From the NCBI RefSeq assembly GCF_009914755.1, contig NC_060939.1: 64,000 nt of DNA; one strand, given 5' to 3'. The notes beneath the pieces were generated by a model. The model was not told the origin of the DNA and did no database searches. It worked only from the letters and a program-made list of their open reading frames with translations. The stretch is from the human T2T-CHM13v2.0 reference genome, Homo sapiens. How positions within the stretch are numbered: position 1 is the stretch's first letter; each line of letters begins with the position of its first letter. The position numbers and the translations under genes are program-made. Positions 54,881-64,000 of this stretch are shown piece after piece.

Positions 54881-57669
54881 TCAGGTGCGCTCCTTTGAAC
54901 TGTGTACATATTAGTTCAGTTAAGCCTCAACTATACTATAGGGCAGGTACTATTATTATCCCATTTTACAGATGTGGAAACTCCTTAAAGCACTATACCG
55001 TGTGAGAGGTTGTCAACAGCATCACATCTAGTGCAACCTGTCCCACTGGGCAGTGGGGAGACCTGGAGCCCAGGCAAGAGCAGTGGCTTGCTGGAGAGGA
55101 TACAGCTAGGACTAGGACTCAGACCTCCTGCTCCCTCCTGCCCCCAACCTGGGGTGGATGTTAACTGTCTCCAAGAGGCAGGGGCAAGATGGATTGAGGT
55201 GGGAGCTTAGGGAATATCCCTGGGACTTGCAGCTGGTGGGCTCCAACCCTCCTTTCTGCATTTTTGGGACCCAGCCTGTAAGAGGAGTGCTGAGGCAGGA
55301 GGTCCCCCTGGGTCCTCAGCTCTCAGGTTAAGTCTTAAGTAGAATGTCGGGGGGATGCTGGACAGGCCTGAGCCCTGACTCCCAGCCTGTGGGGTGGGGT
55401 GCATTAGCATTAGCTGGTCCTGGCCCCAGAGCTGAGTCACAGGGTGGAGGGGTAACGGAGAACAGGGTGGGGCCTCTGTTTCCCCCCGACCTCTGCAGCC
55501 TTTGCTCCCCATCCCTGGCCTCCTGCCTGTCTGTGGATACCTAACCATTGCAATGGGTTCATTCTTACTCTTTGGGCTCCTCATCAGCAAAAGAGGCCTT
55601 TCCTTCCTCTAAGGCCATGGACAGGAAAAGTCTATAGATGCACTTCCACTGTGCCAACTTTCTCGGCAGGTGGAATCCAGGCTAGTTCAGTATCTCCTCT
55701 TTAGCTAGGTTCCTTCTGCGGAAGTTTAACTCCAGTTTCTTCACCCTGCTGTTTTCTACCTTTCTTCTTACGGTTCTTCCTACTCCTTGGGACCTTCTTG
55801 AATCCCTGTGTCCAACGTCTGGGGGCCCCACACATATGCCTGAAGGACCTGGCATGGGCTCCCTGCAGCAGAAGTGGTGTCCGACCCCCAGCTGTGGAGG
55901 ACCAGGCAGGAAAGAGGCTGGGAGTCCTGGGCAAGTTCCTGCCCCTCAGGGCCTTGGCCTCCTCTGTACAGTAGTAGGATGGAGGTGGAATCGAGGGTTG
56001 GACACCTGATCTTTTGGGCCTTTCTAGCTCTGAAGTCTCTTACTGGGTCCTATCCTGGGCCTTGGGGTGATCCCCCTTCTGCTGCCCAGGGCTGGGCTGT
56101 TGAGATGGTGCAGGAGGTGGTCCAGGGAAGGTGGCAGAAGGACTGAGTGGGCTGGGAGCTGGGGAATGCAGATTTCTTTTGGGCGCTGTGTGAGCAGCCC
56201 TGGAGACTCTCTGAACTTGAGTCTGTTTGCCTGAAATGCTACTATTAGCCGATTAGCCATGCACTTATCAACTAACATGGATGTTGCCCCTTCTAAAGGC
56301 ATCCAGAGTTATTCCCAGCATGTAGAGCCCTGGGCCTGATATACAGTAAGTGCTCAATGAATGCATTTAGAATGCACTGGACAATTTGAGCCAGGGAGTG
56401 AAGAGAATATTATCTAGACAGCCCTCAAGAGCCCTCCTTAAAGGAGAAGTGGGAAAGCATGGGTATTGAGCATGCTATCTGTGTGTAGTGGGTGCGTTTG
56501 CAGTGCTCAGGGGTGTGCTGTCCTCTATGCCAACCCTTCCCTGCTCCTAATCTTCTTTGTATGGTGGATTCTCTGCAGCCCTCGGCGACTGAGTGCCAGG
56601 CACAGGCAAACTTCCTTCTCTTCCCAGCAACTGTCCCCACTGGCTTAAAGGCAGAATTCGTCAAGTCCCTTTTAATTCAGAACTGAAATTCATTCACCAG
56701 CTGCTTGTTCATTCATTCAGATTCTTCTAAATTGGGTCCTCTGCCCAGGTTCATCTCCACCCCCCATCTGTCACCTGGTTATTACACAACCTCCTCGAGT
56801 TCCCTGGGGGCTGGGATGAGGAGGGAACAGGGCGTGCATGTCTGGGAGATACACCAGGTGGCCTTTGAAGAGTTGTTTTAGAATCAGCAGTGTGATGGGG
56901 GTGGGGGTGGGGAGCCAGGGCACAGGTGACATGGGAGAGACATTCTGTCAGGGGAACTGGGAGAGGCTCCAGTGTAGAAGTGGCACCTGATCGGGGCCAT
57001 GAATTATGAATAGGAATCCAGGGGGCAGAGGTAGGAAAGTAGGAAAGAGCCAGGTGAGTTTGACGAACATGGGGGTCAGTGTGGAATGCGTGCAGGGGCC
57101 AACTCCCAGAGGTGAGGGCCCCCCAGGCCAGGCAGATTGGTGTGGACCTTGATCTGTAGGTAGTGGAGAGCTAGGAAAGGTGCCCAGCTTGGGATACCTC
57201 TTTAGATGCTGCAGAGAACCTGTCAGAGGCTGGGGCGGAGGGCAGGGAGACGTGGCGGGGCTGTTGTAGCAGTCCAGTGAGGGACAGGGTTGAATCAGTT
57301 CAGCAGGCCTATATCAGGATCTGCTGTGGGCCAGGCCTTGTTCTGGGTACCAGAGACACAGAGAGGTTGAGGACAGGCTCTATCCTCATTGAATTCATAG
57401 TCCATCAAGCAGGGCTGTGACTGGTCACATGTGGGCTACTGGTGGCACTGCACATTTGGAGAGAAGATGATGTGCTTGGTTTAGGAGGTGCTGAGGGTGA
57501 TGGCTTGGGTAACATCCTGGCAGAGACACCCAGGTGGCTGGAATGTGGGTCTGGGGCTCAGGAATGACGTCCGAGTTGAGCTGATGAGGGTGCTGTCTGC
57601 CCTCAAGGGTACAGGGAGCACATGGAGATCAGAGCCCTCACACGCTGTCCTCTGCTCTGCCTATGCCAG

Positions 57670-57923
57670 GCGCCTTCGCCAAGGTGAAGGAGAGCCAACG
57701 CATGAGTGACGAGGGCCGCATGGTGCAGGACGAGGCAGACGGCATTCGCAGGCGCTGCCGCGTGGTGGGTTTCGCCCTGCAGGCCGAGATGAACCACTTC
57801 CACCAGCGCCGTGAGCTCGACTTCAAGCACATGATGCAGAACTACTTGCGCCAGCAGATCCTCTTCTACCAGCGGGTGGGCCAGCAGCTGGAGAAGACCC
57901 TGCGCATGTATGACAACCTCTGA
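57670..57923 (+). CDS. SNX33: SNX33 coding exon 2 (C-terminal BAR helix GAFAKVKESQ...LRMYDNL*)
   Basis: Polypyrimidine tract plus ccag|GC acceptor; 254 nt. Total CDS is 1725 nt = 574 aa + TGA, matching SNX33. Confidence 0.97.
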
Positions 57924-59315
57924 CCGCGTGTGCCTGGGCCCCCTCCTTCCCCTGGGCCTGGTCACTGCAGTGTACCCCACTTTCCCGACCTCCCTATACC
58001 AGCAGTGACTGGGGGAGGGGTCAGCGGTGGGGGAGATAAGCGGCCTGTCCTGCCTCCTGGGAGAAGGAGCTTTCAAGGAGTCATGGGTGCCCCTGGGAAA
58101 TTCCCCACTCCTTAGAAGTGGGGCACAGCAGGGGTGAGAATAGAGTCAGGAGCCCTCGAGGCCAAGGCCTGGGCTGCCGGTCAGTCAGTGAAGGTCAGGC
58201 CAGGGTCTCAGCCTCCCCTAGAGCCTATTTTGCTTGCTCACCTGGCCACTGCTGCCTTATCCATTCAGCAGACACCGAGGCCTGCTGCACCCTTGGGTCG
58301 GATGCTGGGCACCCAGGGCTGTGACATGCCTGCTCTTCAGGAGTCCTCAGTGAAGGTCGGGGTCAGACACAGACAGAGTCAATGCAGTATGACTGATGTT
58401 TAAGTGAGGGATTTCTGGAAGCTCATAGAAGGGACCACAGCATTCCACTGGTCAGGGAAGACTCCATAGAGTAGGCAACATTTGGGCAGTGTTTTGAAGA
58501 ATGACAAGGGCCTGCCAGACAGTACATGGGGGAGAAGGACTTTCAGGGGAGAGGAACAGCATGGGCAAAGTTATGGAGGCATGCAAACATCTCCCTCTTC
58601 TCTCCCTTACTTTCCAAGCAAGTTAGGTACGCTTTCCATGGGGATTCTGGCCTGTGTGGTAGGAAGGGATCTCCCTTGCTCCCATGTTGCTGGCTGTCCG
58701 TACATCACCCTGTCCCCTGCAGGAGGGGGCTACAGGCCATCTCCCTCCTGTAGGCCTCTGACTCCCCTCCACTTTTGGGCCCTCAGCTTATCTCGGGCAG
58801 GGGACCATTGCAGCATCCTCCCCTCCTCGGACTCAAGGTGCTGAGGTATAAGCCCTGGGCCCCAGATCCCTGGTGACACCTTCCTGGAGAAGACTCTCAA
58901 AAGTGACTGTATATTTGAGTTCACCAGCAATAACTCCCCACACTCGAAGCAGGTCCAAACCCAGGATCTCAGGGTCCTTGGGCTCTGTGGCACTGTCTTC
59001 CCAAGATCCTTCCTGTTGCACAATGGGAAACCTAAGAGGAAAAAGACAGGGGCCTGCTTGCCCAGCCATGCGAGGGATTCCATGCCCACCTGCCCTCTGT
59101 CTGCCTCGCTGGAATGTGGGCCCCTGCTCCCCGTCAGGTTGTGCTGTCTCTGACCTATGTTTACATCCCCGAGGGGTTTCTGCCTCCTCCCCACCCAGGT
59201 CAGGGTGTGGTCCAGCAGCTTGCTGTGGGGTGCTGACATGTGTCACCACTGCCCCCCTTGCCCCCGGGGGGGTCATGGTCTCCTCCTGGATGCTGCTCCT
59301 TGAATCTTTTTTCTT

Positions 59316-59321
59316 GATAAA
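59316..59321 (+). terminator. SNX33: Candidate proximal SNX33 poly(A) signal (variant GATAAA)
   Basis: GATAAA in a short AT-rich island (59300-59365) with U-rich upstream sequence and a TTTTTCTGTTT downstream element. Confidence 0.5.
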
Positions 59322-61149
59322 CCTTTTACAATTAAGATAACACAAGCATGACTTTTTCTGTTTGGATCCCAGAAAGGCGGAGGGCAGGAGAAGGATAGAG
59401 CCCTAATTGCTCCTGAGAGCCATTGGATGAGATTCTGAGGTCGTGGTGGGCACAAATTTTCCACAGAACCTCAAAAGTTCAGGGGAGGGCTATGCTGGTG
59501 GAAGGTGCCAGCAGGCAGGAGGAGCTAGAGGCGGCTGTGGACCCCTGGGTGGATCCATCCCTCCCTAGAACGCACTCTTGTCTCTAAAACAGGTGGAGTG
59601 CTGCCCAGGGGACTGGCTGTACTGCCTTGTGATCTGGGGCTGAGGGTTGTATGAGGAAGGGACAGGACGCTGTGCCCTAGGACAATTAATAGATGGTGGC
59701 TCCTCTCCCCAAGGAGCCATGCCCTGGCCTTGCCCTTGAAAAGCCCTAGTCCAGGGGAGGGAAGTGGGGGACTCAGAAGCTGTGTCTCTTCCCCAAACCG
59801 TCCTGGGTACCCAGCCCTGCGGAGGCTCCCACATTGGAAACTGAAGAGGACGCTGGCTGTTGGGGGTGCCCTGATCAGGATGAGCGGACCTTGCTCTTGG
59901 ATCTGTTCATCCACAGATGAGAGGAGGGTACTGGTTGAGACTTGGCTCTCCTTTGGAGGCAATGGGGACTTGGTGGAGGGAGGGCTTCCAGGGTCAAGGC
60001 CGTCAGGGAAGGTTGGCTAGACCAGGGACCAGGGAGCTTGTGCAGGAAGATGGAGAAGGGCCAGCAGGTGCGGTGGGGGAAGGGGCGGGCAGGACTCCCT
60101 GTTCAGGGCATAGCGTCCTCAGAGGAACTTCTGGAATGGGTCCCCCTGGCCCTTGGTCAACATTAGGTCAGATTTGGGACTTTCTGAGGAATTTTCCCCT
60201 CTCTCCACCCTGCCCCATTTTCTAACCCATCCGAGGAACTTCCCGCCCTTAACCTCTTCTCAGCTCTGCCATCCATGTAGCCATCTGCAGAAGGGGCTCT
60301 GAGCAGTGGGGGCTGGGCCAGGCCGGGGCAGGGCTGGTGGGAATGCTCCTCCTAACCCATGGTGCCTGGAAAGTCCCCTGCTCATGCTTCCTGCTCTGGG
60401 AACAGTGTTGTCCTCTGTGTGCCTTCCTTGAGAGGGGACCACCTCCCAGGCCTTCCATCCTCAGGGTGAGGCCATCAGTCTGATACTTTTCTCAGGAGGG
60501 ACTTGGATCCAGGAGAAGCATCAGGAAGTGGAGTCTTGGGATAATGCCAGGCCTGCTCCTGGTATCCTGAGGTCTCTGGGCTGGGGCAGGTGTGTGTGTG
60601 GCAGGGAGGGAGGCTGTCCTGGCCCTCCTCTCTCTTTTCTTTCTGCCTCTATGGGGGTGGGGGTATTGGGGGAACTTGGGGCCGTTCTGGGGTAGCTAAG
60701 CCCCTTTCAGCAGGAGATTGGGGGACCAGTGTTGGGGGCATCCTGGTGATGGCCGATTCCTGCCTCGTCACATGCCAGGCAGATGTTCCCGACTCGGCTG
60801 GACCCAGCTGCCTCGTTTCCTCCCTTACTTTGCTCTGAGGGGGTGGAAAACAAGGCTTCTCTTTCTGCCCTGGACAGCTACCAGCACCCGGGGTAGGGGA
60901 TCCCCTGGTCACCAGTCTTGGCCCAGTACAGGAAAAGGAATCCGCTTTGTGGCCACAGATGGGGGCTGGGGATGGAAGCGGACCTCAGATCCTGCATCTC
61001 TTCACCCGCTGGACACAGGAGGGCTATGAACCACTGTGCCGTGGCTGCACCACTGGCTGGAGCAGAGCCAGGCCTGGGAGAGGCAGGTGGCCCCATCGGC
61101 CCCTGCTCTGCACCACCCCTCCCAGATGACAGAGCCATATGTCTTCCAC

Positions 61150-61450
61150 GTGTCTACACACTCACAGACTCACGAATGTAATCGCTCAGTCTCACAACAA
61201 GCACACGCAGTCACACACCTGCCCACAGGCACATACGCCACATAAGCATGCCTGTATGCTCACACAGTCATACTGCCACACGCTATTACACATTCACAGC
61301 CACAGCCACACATGCCTTGCCATCCATTCAAAGCACCAGTGGCTACTTTGTCAGACACAGCCACACCACAGTCCTATGCACATGGTCATAGCCTCACACA
61401 GTGACACATACTCGGGCACACACCGCCACAAAGCCATGCTTGCACAGAGC
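61150..61450 (+). repeat. Degenerate CA-rich low-complexity tract in the SNX33 3' UTR region
   Basis: Recurrent cacaca / cacagcca / cagtcacac motifs. Confidence 0.55.
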
Positions 61451-62941
61451 AAAGGTGTCATAAGCATCTCTGTGCCTGGACTGCACCTGCATGACCTCCC
61501 AGGGTCCCCACCTCATCAGAGATTAAGGAGAGCTTTGCTTGGAGACACCACCCCTGGAGGGGGTGTCTCCAAGGGGGAGTAGAGCCAGTCACAAGCACCA
61601 CATACAGGCACACAGCCTGAGGTCTAGGGATGCAATTGGGATGACTGGATACCACCAAGTTCAGCTCCTTATTGAACAGATGGGCGCCTGAGGCCCAGGG
61701 AGCAGTGGTGGCTGGCCTTATCACCCAGCAGGGCAGGGGATACTCTGGGGCCAGAGCCTGGCTCTGGGCAGACTCTGTTTCCTGGCCCTGCCCTCCCCTG
61801 GGCCAATCCTCTGGGCCAGGCTGCCTCTGAAGGCCCCTGGCTGAACCGATCCAGCAGAGCTCCAGGCAGCTCCCTTCTCAAGCTAGAGCTGAGCTGCAGT
61901 GGCCACGGGAGCCGGAGCCAGGATGCGGTGGGCAGGGCCTAGGCCTGGGCGGGAGGAACATTCCTGCACCATCTCCTCCCCAAGCATGTGAGGACCCAGC
62001 CCGCCCTGCCCGCCTGCCCGCTGACTCAGGCCTCCAGGAGCCAAGCCTGCTCAGCTCCCCCACCCACCCTAACCTGCTTCCCCACTAGTTCGGCTCTGGT
62101 TCCCCTCTCCACTGGCTGGGGCAGGAGAAGACGGTGAGCCCTGGTAGGAAGACCATGGGGAAAAATCAAACCTCACCACCCCCCGACATAGCTCAGAAGG
62201 GCTGATTGTGAAACCCAGCTCTGTTCAACATAGTTGAACACAAACTTTTTTTTTCTTTTGGTTTGGTTTGGTTTTGTTGGTCAAACCCCAGTGCAGTGCA
62301 GTCTGTTTAAGAAGTAGTGTCGCATAGCTGTGGCCTGGATCTGCTCAGCAGCCCCAGTAGGCAGCATTTATTCCCTTTCGCAACAAAGAGACTGAGACTT
62401 GGCCAGAGGGAAGATGGGACCTGCCTAGGTTCACACAGGGAATCTCTGGCGGGGCTGGACTCGAACCCAGCTCCCTGCCATCACTCCTTAGAGTCACACT
62501 GATGAACTCATTTAGGGCCAAAGGAAGAAGGGGAGGCAGATTTCCCCTCTAGATGAGTGAAGGGATAGGAGGCTGGTGAACCCAACGGCTGAAATGTGAA
62601 GGGTGAGAGGGTAGGGTGAGTCCCCCCAGCCCTGAGGGATGAAGGGTCTGAAGATGGCACTGCACGGTGACAGCTGCAGTGACTCAGGAGCTCCGTTTAC
62701 AAAGGAACATGAGTGAGGAACATAACTTAATTTTTTTTTATATCTGACCTGAATTTCTGTTTTCCTCCCCCATTCCCCACATGGTAGAAGTGTAATCTCA
62801 CATCAATTTGGGGACCCTTTCTTTCCCCAGGGATGTGTAGAACTTTTGGGGATGGCACATTTGAAGACCTTAGGGAGCTTTGCATTTTAAAGGCTGAATC
62901 CCACACTCTATCATACATATTAATATTTACCTGCATTCCAC

Positions 62942-62994
62942 ATTAAAGGGTTCAGTTTATGACTTGTGTCCTGTCTTGTAGATACTTAATTAAA
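62942..62994 (+). terminator. SNX33: Candidate distal SNX33 poly(A) signals (ATTAAA x2)
   Basis: ATTAAA at 62942 and 62989 in an AT-rich block (62727-63010), each followed by GU/U-rich sequence; implies a ~5 kb 3' UTR. Confidence 0.6.
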
Positions 62995-64000
62995 CGGTAT
63001 TAATTTTGATTTTGCCCCTTTCTGTTGGTGCTCTGCTCTCTTCCCTCCTCCCCGCCCTGCCCACCCAGCAGCACACATTGTTACGGGTTGCTTCTTGCAG
63101 AACTCCTGGACCTGGATGCTGCCATTGGGCCTGCGATGCCCGCCATGGTCCTGGTCAGCATTGGGCCCTCCGATCATCTTGCCCTGCCTCCTGCCTTTCC
63201 CCTGCATGCTCCCTTGATGCCCATCCTGAGTCTCTGTGTGTCTGGCTCTTCTCTGCTCTTGGGCACTCAGGGCTCCTTCCATTTGCCCTGTACTAAGGGG
63301 CTGATAGAGGTCCTTTCTGTGGCCTGTGGCCCCCTCTGGGGCCTGTGGTCATCATTCCACAGCTCCCACTTCGCAGTCAAGCACAGGGAGCTCTGGGGTG
63401 CCGCTTAGACACCCCATGCCACCCTGTTTCTTCTGGGATCTGGCTCCTTTCTTGGGGTTCTACCTGGGATGGGGGTATGAGTCCCACTGCTTCGGAATCT
63501 CCCAGCCTCTGGGGATTCTACTATCTCCCAGTGCAGGCAGCACTGTGATGGGCACTGGATGGTCGTTATTTTACAACCACCCCATGTGCAAGAGATTATT
63601 ACTGTCATTTTACACACCAGGAAATGGGGTCCAGCGAGGGGGGTGCTGGAGTAGCCAAGGCTGGTGCGAAACAGTACCCAGGCCTGGGCTACCTGTGCTG
63701 AGAGGCAGATGGCCAGTGCCAGGGCCGGGTGTTACAGGCTGGCGGAAGCCTGGAGGCACCTGGAGCCTCTTCTGGGCTGACCCGCACCCCTTGCTGCCAT
63801 TTGGCAGGAGTGCTCTGGGGTTGGAGCAAGGGAGTATGAGGCTCCTCCATATAGCCCTGCTGCCCCCAGATAGCAGCAGCCCCCACCCCAACCCCATTCC
63901 TTTCCCTCTACCGCCCAGAGGCAAGTGCAGATCCTGACCAGTGTGGCCTTGCTGTAGGGATGTTTCTTAACTGCTTCATGCTTCTGTTTCTCCACTGAGA

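Noticed and set aside
58700-63995. Many 100-200 aa ORFs downstream of the SNX33 stop
   Set aside because: GC-rich UTR/intergenic sequence with ORFs in all frames and no domain signal; no exon of a downstream gene was recognised.

Overview
Human (primate) genomic DNA from an Alu-saturated, GC-rich region. It is recognisable as the SNUPN-IMP3-SNX33 locus (chr15q24, from recall). SNUPN (snurportin-1) is on the minus strand: coding exons 2-8 are fully reconstructed here with GT-AG boundaries and correct phases, its CpG-island promoter is at ~25.9-27.0 kb, and its last coding exon is not in the window (it must lie left of base 1). IMP3 (U3 snoRNP protein, 184 aa) has an intronless minus-strand CDS at 40322-40876. 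SNX33 (SH3-PX-BAR sorting nexin, 574 aa) is on the plus strand in two coding exons (49811-51281, 57670-57923) with a long 3' UTR. Bases 1-46.6k hold on the order of 70 Alu pieces, including a human-specific AluYb8 and AluYa5 and several nested stacks, plus MER5, MADE1, L1M/L1PB, L2 and MIR relics; the last 17 kb is almost Alu-free. Most short ORFs in the track are Alu or GC-content artefacts. No new biological system can be demonstrated from sequence alone. Four hypotheses are most worth testing: (i) an antisense exon in the SNX33 CpG island that would splice in-frame onto IMP3; (ii) a uORF-laden SNX33 leader bracketed by splice sites; (iii) a human-specific AluYb8 beside a weak SNUPN donor forming competing inverted-Alu pairings; (iv) an intronic poly(A) cassette that could yield a BAR-truncated SNX33.
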